64,000 nt of DNA from Convolutriloba macropyga (taxonomy: Eukaryota), in contig NC_134475.1 of assembly GCF_964194025.1 (NCBI RefSeq), forward strand, positions 17,546,001-17,610,000, in the 5' to 3' direction. The position numbers and the translations under genes are program-made. Below, piece by piece: positions 1-12,099 of the stretch; the stretch's first letter is position 1; the number at the start of each line of letters is the position of its first letter. A model generated the notes under the pieces. It searched no databases and was not told the origin of the DNA. It saw only the letters and a list, made by a program, of their open reading frames with translations.

Positions 1-1929
1 TTCCAGCTTTCTAATGGTATATTTTATTGTTAATGGCCCGGCTTACTCTTATCAGGCTCTGCAAACCATTAATAATGCAAAATTACTTGGCTGTTTCATC
101 AAACATTGCGGTCATGAAAACGATAATTTAGTTCACTGGGACCACAGGATACAGTTTCAAATTTAACTTTACGAGATCTTGTTATACGAATTTCAAGGAA
201 ATAATTATCTTGCATGTCATAGGAATATGTTTAGTTTCTTTTCACTGATTTGCGTGACATGCAGGTTTTTTTTCTCCAACGGTAACCGCGTCCTAAAAGT
301 CTTGTTAATATCAGTTGTTTAAAAGAATTTCCGAGGTATCTACTTCCGGCCATTATAAGGTAATTATTATGATCCCTAAATTTCCCTACTTTCAAAAAGA
401 AATTAAACTTTTTGGCGAATTTAATTAAATAGAATCATTCAATTAAATAGAATCATTAAATATTTTGTAATATAATTTAACGCTCTTTGATTTGAGTTCA
501 TATAACCACAGAGATGTAACTTAACACATGGCTGACTGTAACATGAAAAATTGAAATTTATGAACTTAAATTTTACCCCACTTAGCCCCTTTTTTCGCTT
601 ATATTCTCATACTGATTCATGCCCTTACAGCTTGACAAAGAACAAGAATGGTTTCCACCATTTTGCTTTTCAATAAACGTGAGAGAGAATTAAGCTGTAT
701 TAGGAAGTGATGAACAATCTCAGTTCTTTCATGTCTGAGAGGGTTTTCATTACACTTCAAACAGCTGATCGACTTTTCCACCATTTCCCCCTCTCAGCCT
801 TTGTTCTCTCTCTTTATTCTCTCAGACTAGACCCAAGTGAAGTTATGTCGATTTGGTTGCCTTTAATTCCTCAATTTATGCCTACCTTTCTCAACTTCAA
901 AGCTACCTATCTCTAATTGCAACCACCAATCACACACATCATTTTCCTCGTTCACATTCTGTGCAATTCATCACATCGCAGATATTTTGTTCACACTTGA
1001 ACGATTCGCAGAAGCTGATTTCTGGTTCTGAAAAGAAAATAAGAGTTAATATTTGTAACCAGTTTTCTCATCGGCCTCATAAAAATATTTGGGACGCATT
1101 CTGGCTATCGGGGTTGACTTCGAGTTTTTCTCCGTGTAATTTCCAAGTTTTTAAAAGTTGCAAGGCTCTTGAAAATTAACCACTCAACTTGCATCTGTCT
1201 TACAAATTGAATGTTCTTATTGAAACACTTAATTCTACGCAACTTAAAATATAGTCTTACAATATAGCCATTTTGCCTAATCTGTCACGAAAAAATCATT
1301 AAATCGCGATTTGAACGAACACGTATTCTGCGCATCGACAAAAAGGACAATGAGCATCCGAAAGATCTTGTAAGGAGAACTGTTTCTTGCAAATGTGCAG
1401 ATTTGTATTCTAAATTGAGATTTGCGCATGATAATTATACAATATGCGTAAGGCGCCCCTATGAATTTTTGAAAAAGAAACAAAATGTTCCAAACAAAAA
1501 AAATAATTCTGAAAAAGTGTGAACTGAAAAATAAATCAAATCAAAAAAAGTAGCATAAAAAATTAAAGTTTAATGTAATTTTTTTGCAAAAAAAAATATT
1601 GGCAGAATAACTTGAAAATCTAATCAAAAACAGAGGAAGACATTTTAAGAACATTCTTAAAAAAGCAGGTCTCAAAAAGATTTCCTTGCGGTAAAAGTTA
1701 TAGCGGAGAAAAGTAAAGGACAAATTCTATTGATATCTAGCAATTTTCAACGATTTGCAAAAAGATCTCTTAAGTTGATAATATTGAAAAAAAAATGTTT
1801 TATAAACTTACGTCACAATACATTGAAATATGTTATACAAAGAGAGCAACTAATTCTCATGCTTTTTCCACTGTAAAAGATAAAACATTGAATTGAGTGA
1901 AACAATCAGAACTGAACTTGTTCAGAATC

Positions 1930-2045
1930 AGCTTGTAAAGATACCTACAAGTTAGTCTTTCGGCTTGCACGTTCTTACAAGTTAACCAGTCGACGACTTG
2001 CAAGTTCTTACAAGTTAATCATCTTTTGTATGAAACTTACAAAGT
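1930..2045. repeat. Short degenerate tandem array of ~30-bp CTTGCAAGTTCTTACAAGTTAA-like units
   Basis: cttgcacgttcttacaagttaacc and cttgcaagttcttacaagttaatc, plus weaker copies on either side. Similar motifs at ~1155-1205 suggest subterminal repeats of an old DNA transposon. Confidence 0.5.
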
Positions 2046-2449
2046 CCTAAATGTAACCAATAGGTCTCGACCCTGGCCTACCTTAAATCCAAGCCACTTT
2101 GAAAACGCCTGCGACAGCATCTCCTCCTTTTGTGTATTTTTTTCAATAACACTTTTACGCAGTAGCATCTGCCAATGTTGCACCATAACTTCTTAACTTT
2201 AATGTTGATGCAGAGCTTATACTAGGGGGTAATTGCAAATTTGTTATGATGATTATCTTCTTGTCCAGTTTAATTAATCGTGGGTCTTCTGAAAACATGT
2301 GCGTCAAAATTATTTAGTTACACAACACAAAAATGACATTTACATTCCATTTTTAGTGAAAAATTTCAAATCAATATTACAAGTTGTGTGTTGTGCAGAA
2401 TTTGAAAAAAAAACTTCTGAAGTACCTTATGCTCCATTCGGTGCAATTT

Positions 2450-3140
2450 TAAATTTCTGAAAGGGATGCTGTTGTAACATTTGTTTTAATTTATTTTGGG
2501 ATTTTACAAAACTCAAAACTAAACTTCTGCCTTTCTATGGCAGGGACCCATTGCTTTCTTGCTTAATAAGATAAGATGATGTCCCGCATTTAAATGATAT
2601 TTCTAATAAAATTTATATTAATAACTCCAAATGACATTTTACTGCTTTTTCCAAGTGCAATTTTTCAAAACAAAATTATAGGTTCCGTGTTAAGCTGAAC
2701 AAACAAAATTTGTGAAGTAGCCTATTTCTTTTTTGATTCAATATGAAATTGCTGAAACTGATGCTGTTGTAACATTCGTTTTCATTTTTTCCCCCAATTT
2801 ACGTTCCAAAAATCAAAAGAAAAATTACCATAAATCAGAATGTTTTTTTTGTCGCAGGGAGCTGTTGCTTTCATTTAGTAAGATGAATTGAAATTCCAAT
2901 TTTTTCATCACCAAAACAATTTCACTGGATAAAATATCGTTACTTACCGCGCTGTAACGATTAGAATGATTAGCAATGGAACTGGTAACATGTCAAGACT
3001 GCATTGCAAGCTTTCATTGTTCACATTTTTTTCTTCTAAGAAACTTTATACCTTTTTTATTGCTGAATTATTAAGAGTCTAACCAAAAATTAATTTAAAA
3101 ATTGACTGCAATGATTCCAAGGATCTGATTAACATTAAAA
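2450..3140 (-). repeat. Degenerate unclassified repeat 'X' (possibly decayed coding sequence); homologous fragments at ~4370-4740 and ~6385-6790
   Basis: Shared blocks gctgaaactgatgctg, gtcgcaggga.ctgttgc, ttcatc.cc.aaaca.tt.cactgg and ctgaattat.aagagtctaa...aacattaa. Minus-strand NCFGDEKI...QQVPAT-like peptides recur. No family recognised. Confidence 0.45.
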
Positions 3141-4740
3141 GATTTTCAGCAGGACATTCTCTGTTTTGTGTAAAACTTATAGATCCGATCTCCATTACAA
3201 TTTTTGACAGAACTTTATTGAGATTAATTGCAATATTTCTCAAGACTTCATAAAAAGAGTCTAAAGTTAAAATTAATATCATTCAGGATTTGTGTGCAAC
3301 CATCAATGCTCTTCAAATTCTCGCGATTTGTCGAGTTAACACCACAAAAAACATTTCCCTACAGTTTATCTACATATTTGACATATTTTTTGATAAGCAT
3401 TAATTTCTGCAAATAATTTGTCGAAAGTTTGCTCAAAGCACGAGTAAAAATTGTGACATAACCAAAATAAAACTGAAGAAAACAGATTTAAATGGTTAAC
3501 AAAATGAGAGTTTGCGGAAACTTCGGTTTTATTCCATTATAGCAACCCCACATATTAAAACCCCTTGTGGTGCAATCATTGTACGTTTTCTGCCCCTAAG
3601 CAGATTCGGGGCTAAAAAGACCAACGCAAAAACTGGGTTGCAAAAATGTAATTGAAATTGTTAGTTGAATCATGTATTTTTCTTACGTTTTCGGAGCAAA
3701 AGAGTATATTTTTTCTTTGAAATTCTGCTCTCCTTTGAATATCCCTGCTGAAATGCCCGATTGCCAATTTTAAAGAGTTTCAGTGAATGTTATCCAAGTT
3801 TATGATGGGAAAAATTAACAAGTTTAAGACTGGTAGTAATAGGCAAAAATGAAAGAATCTCAAAGACTGCATTTGAAATGGCATCAGTACACCACTTGAC
3901 TTAAAAATTTGTTCCCTCTAACGATTTCGAGAAAGATCAATGCATATATTTCCACCGACAACTGATTGTACATCTTAACGATAAGCAAACGAACATATTA
4001 CTCTTGTTATGATATTTCACATTTTGTATAGCGAATTTCTCATGTTCAACGTCGTCAAAATAAAATTAAAACAAGAAAAACAACTAACAATTTCGACGAT
4101 AACAACAAAATAATTTTCTTTAAAGAGGTCATCAAAAAGTTATCCCTGGAAGACTTCTCTACTATACAAACCTAAATTATTTTTAACACATTAATAAATG
4201 CAATAACTGCTTATTTTACTCATGTTTTTCTTCACGATAAAAATAAACCTAATTGCAATATTCTTCATAAATTTGTTTTGAAGACTTTCTTGAACCTGTT
4301 CTATAACTTTGCAATAACAGAGCAAACTTACTGATTCTTTTAATTTGATTACAGCCGAAATTCGGTAAAATTTTAGATTGCTGAAACTGATGCTGATGTG
4401 ACGACCGTTTCAATATGTTTTCCTGTTTTATATTCCAATTAACAAAAATATGCCATACAGCAGAATGCTTTTCAGTCGCAGGGACCTGTTGCATTCGTTT
4501 AGCAAGACAAACTGATACTTCAATTTTCTCATCGCCGAAACAGTTCCACTGGCTAATATTATTAGAACTTACAGCGTTTTCTGAAAAAAACACATCTTAG
4601 TTTAAAAATTCTAATTTCGAACATTAGCAATAAAACGGGTAATATGTCAAGACTTTATTGAACCTGAATTATCAAGAGTCTAAGTCAACATTCAATAGAA
4701 AATTGACTGCGATGACACCAAGGAACTGATCAACATTAAT

Positions 4741-6208
4741 TGTGCCTGCAAAAACTCAAACGGGAACCGTAAAAACAGCAACCAAAAATATTGTAATGCA
4801 TCAAATGCGTATCACATGGTCACATTAAAGCAAACTGCGACAACGCATAAGGATTTCCAAGATGCGGATGACACCATAACATCAAAGACTGTAATCGAAA
4901 TGAACCATACGAAAGTATACTAAAGGATCACTTTAGCAAGCTTGAAAGCAAAATAGAGCAGATAACAAAAAACGCAAATGAGCAACTGAGAATTTACTCT
5001 CAAAGCCAAATTGACCAATAAAAAGCAAATTTAAAAACTACAATAATACTAAATGAAAAAATCAGAGAAAATTTGAGAGACTTTTAGAAACCAGAGAAAA
5101 ATTGAGAAATTTTTAGAAATCTTTAAAACCAGAGAGAACCAGAAAAAACATTCCTTGAAGACATTAAAAAAGTTTTATGTGAGGTGTTAAAAGACAACAA
5201 ACCGACAGGAGATGAAGAGAAAATGAGAGAAAAAAAACTAAATAAGCCTTTTGAAAACAGACTTGAAAATAGAACACTCAGCACTGAAACAAAAAACAAC
5301 TTGCATTAATTTAAAAAGAAGAACAATTTAAAAAACAGAATCAAAATGAGTGAAAACTAAACATTACCAAAAACAGTAAGAGTCACGCAACTAAACAGTC
5401 CGGGACTACAAAACAAAAACAAAATAGAAATATTAGATATTTTGGAAAAAACACAAGCAGACATAGCATGCTTCAACAAAACCAATTTAGGAAAGAAAGA
5501 ATACCCAAACTTAGAAGGTTATAACTTAGCCGGAAATACATGATTTATATCGAATAAAATACTGTTTCATAAAAACGAAAACATATGAAACAGAAAGCGA
5601 ACAAAGACAAGATTACATCTTTATAAAAACACTTGGGCTCTTCATAACAAACATCTATATATAACCACAACACTAAATTAAAACGGAATTAATCACAAAA
5701 ATACCAGACAATGAAACCCAATAAATTACTGGTGACATCAATAAAAAACAACTATTATTAGGAAACAATAACTAACTTACGAACGGAACCGATAGAATAA
5801 TTAAGCATTGACTTTACGACATTATTTACATAATATTAATCAATTACAAACTCTCGCACATAGCCAATGGAGCACTGGATGTGCACCTAGTCAGCTCAAA
5901 TTTAAAAAGCCTTTTATGTCTTGAACGAAAACTTCATGTTTTTAACGAAAGCCCTTGTGATCATTACCCAAATCTGATGACCTATAGCATAGATATACCA
6001 ATCCAATCACATAAAGTTAACTTGCAAAAGTACAAAAATATTATCTTGCATGATTGAGTTGACCTAAGTAGGAACATAACAACCAAAATACACTTATATA
6101 GAAACACAGATATATTTACACAAAACATTCAAGATGCAACAGATAACTACAAACAAATCAAAAAACAGAAACGAGGAAAAGCATAAGTTAGAGACAAGAA
6201 ACAAATTG
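4741..6208 (+). mobile_element. Non-LTR retrotransposon fragment (I/Jockey-group-like): ORF1 zinc knuckles and APE endonuclease, pseudogenised (copy 1)
   Basis: CIKCVSHGHIKANC (CX2CX4HX4C) near 4795-4840; APE motifs VTQLNSPGLQNK...DIACF, IITGDIN and CDHYP; many stops and frameshifts. Confidence 0.8.
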
Positions 6209-6789
6209 ATGCACTAACTGCTTATTTTTACTCATGTTTTTCTTCACGATAAAAATAAACCTAATTGTAATTTTCTTCATAAATTTGCTTTTAAAGACTT
6301 TCTCAAACCTGTTCCATAATTTTGCAATAACACAGCAAACTTACTGATTTTTTTATTTGATTACAGCTGAAATTCGGTACAGTTTTATATTGCTGAAACT
6401 GATGCTGATGTGACGTCCGTTTCAATATGTTTTCCTGTTTTATATTCCAATTAACAAAAATATGCCATACATCAGAATGCTTTTCAGATGCAGGGACCTG
6501 TTGCTTTCGTTTAGCAAGATAAACTGATACTTCAGTTTGCTCATCGCCCAAACAATTCCACTGGCTAAAGTTATTGGAATTTACCGCGTTTTCTAAAAAA
6601 AACACTTCTTAGTTTAAAAATTCTAATTGCAAACATTAGCAATAAAACTGGTAATATGTCACGGCTTTATTGAAAAACGCTTTGATCTTTCACATATTTT
6701 CTTTGAAAACCTGAATTATCAAGATTCTAAGTCAACATTCAATTGATAATTGATTGCGATGACACCAAGGGACTGATCAACATTAATTT

Positions 6790-8163
6790 TGCCTGCAAAA
6801 ACTCAAACGGGAGCCGGAAAAACAGCAACCAAAAATTGTGCAATGCATCAAATGCGTATCACATGGTCACATTAAAACAAACTGCGACAACGCATAAGGA
6901 TGTCCAAGATGCGGAGGGCACCATAACATCAAAGACTGTAATCGAAATGAACCATACGAAAGTATACTAAAGAATCATTTTAGCAGGCTTAGAAGCAAAA
7001 TAGAGCAGATAAGAAAAAAACGCAAATGACCAACTGAGAATTTACTTTCGAAGCCAAATTGACCCAAAAAAACGCAAATTCAAAAACTACAATAATACTA
7101 AATGAAAAAAGCAGATAAAATTTGGGAAACTTTTAGAAACCATAGAAAATTTGATAAATTTTTAGAAATTTTTAAAACCAGAGAGAACTAGAAAAAACAG
7201 TCCTTGAAGACATTACAAAAGTTTTATGTGAGGTATTAAAAGACAACAAACCAAACCGACAGTAGACGAAGAGAAAATCAGAGACAAAAAAGCATTATGA
7301 AAATAGACTTAAAAAATAGAACACTCAGCACTGAAACAGAAAACAACTTGCAACAATTTAAAAAGAAGAACAATTTAAAAAGCAGAATGAAAATGAATGA
7401 AAACTAAACATTACCAAAAACAGTAAAAGTCACGCAACTAAACAGTCCGGGACCACTAAACAAAAACAAAATAGAAATATTAGATATTTTGGAAAAAACA
7501 CAAGCAGACATAGCATGCTTCAACAAACCCAATTTAGGTAAGAAAGAATACGCAAATGTAGAAGGTTATAACTTAGCCGGAAATACATGATTTATACCGA
7601 CTAAATAACTTTTTCATAAAAACGAAAATATATGAATCAGAAAGCAAACAAAGACAAGATTATATCTTTTTAAATACACTTGGGATCTTCATAACAAACA
7701 TCTATGTATCACCACAACAGTAAATAAAAACGGACTTAATCACAAAAATATCAGAGAATGAAACCCAACAAATTACTGGTGACATCAATATAAAACAACC
7801 ATTATTAGGAAACAATAACCAACTTACGAACGGAACCGATAGAATAATTAAGCAAAGACTTTACGACATTATTTACATAATATTAGTCAATTACAAACTC
7901 ACGCACATAGCCAATGGAGCACTGGATGTGCACCTATTCAGCTCAAATCTCAAAAAGCCTTTTATGTCTTGAACGAAAACTTTATGTTTTCAACGAAAGT
8001 CCTTGTGATCATTACCCAAATCTGATCACCTATAGCATAGATATACAAATCCAATCACATAAAAAGTTAACTTGGAAAAGTACGAAAATAATATCTTGCA
8101 TGATTTATTTGACCTAAATAGGAACATAACAACCAAAACACTTTTATATAGAACACAGATATA
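6790..8163 (+). mobile_element. Same LINE fragment, copy 2
   Basis: KIVQCIKCVSHGHIKTNC...CPRCGGHHNIKDC double zinc knuckle at ~6835-6940; APE motifs as in copy 1. Confidence 0.8.
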
Positions 8164-10460
8164 CGAAGTCAAATTGACCAATAAAACGCAAATTCAAAAC
8201 TACAATAATAGTAAATGAAAAAAGCAGAGAAAATTTGAGAAACTTTTAGAAACCAGAGAAAACTTGAGAAATTTTTAGAAGTTTTTAAAACAAAAGAGAA
8301 CCAGAGAAAACAGTCCTTGAAGACATTACAAAAGTTTTACGTGAGGTATTAAAAGACAACAAACCGACAGTAGACGAAGAGAAAATCAGAGAAAAAAAGC
8401 ATTATGAAAACAAATTTAAAAAATAGAACACTCAGCACTGAAACAAAAAACAACTTGCAGCAAATTAAAAAGAAGAACAATTTAAAAAACAGAATCAGAT
8501 TGAATGAAAACTAAACAATACCAAAAACAGTTAGAGTCACGCAACTAAACAGTCCGGGACTACTAAACAAAAACAAAATAGAAATATTAGATATTTTGGA
8601 AAAAACACAAGCAGACATAGCATGGTTCAACAAACCCAATTTAGGTAAGAAAGAATACCCAAACGTAGAAGGTTATAACTTAGCCGGAAATACATGATTT
8701 ATATCGACCAAAACACTGTTTCATAAAAACGGAAATATATGAATCAGAAAGCAAACAAAGACAAGATTATATCTTTTTAAATACACTTGGGATCTTCATA
8801 ACAAACATCTGTGTATCACCACAACAGTACAGAAAAACGAACTTAATCACAAAAATACCAGACATTGAAATCCAACAAATTACTGGTGACATCAATATAA
8901 AACAACCATTATTAGGAAACAATAACCAACTTACGAACGGAACCGATAGAATAATTAAGCAATGACTTTACGACATTATTTACATAATATTAGTCAATTA
9001 CAAACTCACGCACATAGCCAATGGAGCACAGGATGTGCACCTAGTCAACTCAATTTCAAAAAGCCTTTTATGTCTTATTACCCAAATTTGATCACCTATA
9101 GCATAGATATAACAATCCAATCACATAAAAAGTTAACTTGGAAAAGTACAAAAATAATATCTTGCATGATTGAGTTGACCTAAATAGGAACATAACAACC
9201 AAAATACACTTATATAGAAACACAGATATATTTACACAAAACATTCAAGATGCAACAGATAACTACAAACAAATCAAAAAACAGAAACGAGGAAAACCAT
9301 GAGTTATAGACAAGGAAACAAATTGAGAGGAAACGACGAAAAAACACAAACCAAAATCAAATAATGCAACAAGATTAATATACTGACAAAACAAATAAAA
9401 AAATAGTAAAGACAACACAACAAAACACAAAAAAATGAATCTCACTGACAAACTAATCCAAGCTAGAAACTATAACAAATTTTGGAAAGCTGCAATAATT
9501 TTAGTTAACCGAAATCAGAAAAACAACTAAAAATTATCAAAAAAATCAGGACGCTGCAAATCACACATTCAAGCCAAAGTGAAAAAAGACGAATCAAAAA
9601 TTTGTCTCACAGAAAATAATAGAACAAACTTCAAGGCGACCAATCTAAGTGAAGATTAAAAAACACCCTAAGAAAAACATGCATCTCTTAATAGTAGTTT
9701 GAAAAATTGAAAAAAATATTGCACCGGGACATGACGGAAGAACTGGTCAAATGGTAATGCAATTAACCTTGGAAATATGAAAAGCCTGATACAAACACTT
9801 AAGCATCAATACAATTAGGACATGTAGCAGCCCAATGGAAAACTTCAACTGTAACAATAATAACAAAAACAGGAAAAAAGTTACAAAAGGCTGAAACGAT
9901 AGAAACCATTTTCATTAACATCCTGCCCCGGAAAATTTTGCGAAAGCATTGTAAAATAATACTTGGTGAAAAAACGTGAAGAATAAATCTGTTCGAAGAT
10001 CACCAAAACGCCTACAAATCTGGCAGATGCACAACAGACAACCTTCTAACGCTGTCCGAAAAAGCAACACAAGCTTCAAAGGGAAAAGTTGCCTTCTTAG
10101 ATATAGAGCAAGAGTTTGAGTCTGTATGGTACGATTGTATCGGATCTATTCTGTTTCGGCCCCCCAGTGATTTTTATGACCCCCAGTTACAAATTATATG
10201 TCGTTATATGGCACGTTACTATGTAAGAAAAGAGCACGTGCGGCTGGGGGTCATAAAAAATTTATGCTCTCTAAGCTGGGGGGCCGAAACAGAATAGATC
10301 CATTGTATCTTATAAAAACAAATTCAGATTACCTCACCATGGTGGATAACAAAACGGACTAGCAGCTTCCTAAGTAACCAAAATATCACATTAAAAAACA
10401 ACCAAACAGTTTCTAAAAGTTTTACACTCGAAGCAGGCGTCCCCCAAGGTAGCATAAAAA
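8164..10460 (+). mobile_element. Same LINE, copy 3, continuing into a reverse transcriptase remnant (truncated after GVPQGS, interrupted by a MITE)
   Basis: APE motifs, then RT motifs APGHDG (~9721), WKTSTVTII.KTGK, SLTSCP, HQNAYKSGRCTTDNL, AFLDIEQEFESVWYD and EAGVPQGS (~10430-10453). Confidence 0.85.
10142..10301. mobile_element. 160-bp MITE with ~26-bp TIRs GGATCTATTCTGTTTCGGCCCCCCAG and 8-bp TSD ATTGTATC (Merlin-like by GG ends and 8-bp TSD)
   Basis: Perfect terminal inverted repeats; ATTGTATC at 10134-10141 and 10302-10309; inserted into the LINE RT. Confidence 0.9.
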
Positions 10461-10464
10461 TGTT

Positions 10465-11250
10465 TAACAATCGCGGAGGAGGCTTTCTTCAATTTACGCT
10501 GGACAAGTCGGTGTATCCTTTGGTTTGTATGTATCGTTGACCAAATAGTAAAGTATGTGTCTGTATAAGTGAGTTTTTTGAAGAGAAAACGCTGCTGTTA
10601 AAGAAATTACTTGCTGTAGGTGATATCAATTTTTTTATGCTGCTATTAAATGAATCGTCACAAAATTCGTTTTTTTGGATGAATTTGGTTTGCAACAGCA
10701 AGTTACTGTGCCTAATCACAAAAGTGGTGCAATTTTAGACCAGGTTATAACATCCGAGGAGGTTGAAGTATCAGAATCGCTTGTAAATTTCGTTACAAGC
10801 TCTGATCATGGAGTTGTGTACTTTGACCTTCTGCAAAAGCATGAGAATTTAGGTGTAAAGAGAGCCGCGTATATAGTTTTGAATATGTGTTCTGTTTTTT
10901 ACTTTTTCACCCCTTTTTTCAAACTATGGGTGTAAAGAAATTGATGGTTCAATTGTTTCGAAGAAAAATCTTTCATTGATGGTGTTCCAGAAGAGGTAGC
11001 TCAATTTGTCAATATATTTTATCCAAGCACCTTGCATACTTGCTGATTGTTCTACCAATTACGAGAACAAAGAGATGATCATTCATGTTCCTGCTTTTCT
11101 GAATTTTTTCTTTCAATTAAAAGCTGTTTTTAACCAGCAAGCACACCTGTTTTAGTCCGCCCAGCTGAGTACAAGGTAGCTAAATCAAAAGCAGCCCATC
11201 TAGTCTTTTGTTTAAGCAGAATTACTTCAACCCTAGTCGGTTGTTCTTTT
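10465..11250 (+). mobile_element. Second LINE fragment (L2/CR1-group APE endonuclease, C-terminal half)
   Basis: RGGG, LLAVGDIN and FGLQQQVTVPNHKSGAILDQVIT...TSSDHGVVYF match APE motifs GDFN, PTH..G..LD and SDH. Confidence 0.75.
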
Positions 11251-11270
11251 TTTTCTTATTTGAAATTTTG

Positions 11271-11431
11271 GGATCTATTCTGTTTTGACCCCCCCCAGCT
11301 TAGTGAGCATAAATCTTTTATGATCCCCAGGCGCACGTGCCATTTTCTTACATAGTAACCTGCTATATAACAACATATATTTTGTAACGGGGTCGTAAAC
11401 AACACTGGGGGGGGCGAAACAGAATAGATCC
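11271..11431. mobile_element. 161-bp MITE of the same family as 10142-10301, opposite orientation, 8-bp TSD AAATTTTG
   Basis: GGATCTATTCTGTTT...AAACAGAATAGATCC; AAATTTTG at 11263-11270 and 11432-11439; interior is the reverse complement of the first copy. Confidence 0.9.
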
Positions 11432-11590
11432 AAATTTTGTTATAAGAAATGTACACGATCGTATGACCAAGACTTTTTTAAATGAAGGATACTTATCTGT
11501 GTCGAACGCGCTGTTGTTGTAGGATTAAATTTTTTTTCTACTAATTTTACGTAGATTTGTGTCTTATGTAGTTGAAGTGTTAAAAGCTTT

Positions 11591-11698
11591 GGGTTTTTCC
11601 CAATTTAGACCCCCCCTCCAGCTTAGCGGTCAGATAACCTATAGCCTCCCGATCATGCTAATTATACCATAATGGGGAGGCAATAATGGGAAAGACCC
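11591..11698. mobile_element. 108-bp MITE with TIR GGGTYTTTCCCA and degenerate 8-bp TSD (AAAGCTTT/AGGGCTTT)
   Basis: 11/12 inverted match of the ends; 6/8 flanking direct repeat; shares a CCAGCTTAG subterminal motif with the GGATC MITEs. Confidence 0.55.
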
Positions 11699-12099
11699 AG
11701 GGCTTTCACAGAACAGCTCTCAGGAAACATCACAACTGGGATGATTCGGTTTTTTAAGAGAGATCGGCGGTCATTGGACTTGTCTTTCAATTATATTATA
11801 ATTATTTATAAGTCTGTCAATTATATATGTCAGAAGCTAAATGCTGCCGAAAATTTCTTTTTCCTCTGTTTTCCCCCTAGTTCTCAAAAGCTTTTGCTCA
11901 GGCAACACATCATTTCAACGAGAGCTAGGAAACGTGAAATTGACTACATAACGTAGGAATTTACTAACGCTCTTTTTTAAGGCCTGTTCTCTTTCTCATT
12001 TATATTGCCAAATGTGTTTCCATCCCTAGCACTTTTCGTTGCAGAAGAGTTGATACTGATTCATGGTGACAAAAGTGCGCAATTTGAAAATTTTTTTCT

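Larger units (their letters stand above)
4198..9330 (+). repeat. Tandem triplication: units ~4198-6208 and ~6209-8163, partial third unit ~8164-9330 (repeat X fragment plus LINE 5' half)
   Basis: taactgcttatttt...actcatgtttt at ~4204 and ~6215 (period ~2.01 kb); aagccaaattgacc at ~5003, ~7051 and ~8166; long colinear but diverged copies. Confidence 0.9.

Noticed and set aside
707-1723. Short ORFs here and most other 60-110 aa ORFs in the track
   Set aside because: Low-complexity AT-rich translations, many with non-ATG starts, no recognisable domains or splice context; expected by chance or antisense to TE remnants.
1108-2078. Non-autonomous hAT-like element bounded by CGGGGTTG / CGACCCTG
   Set aside because: The terminal match is short and imperfect, and there is no matching TSD.
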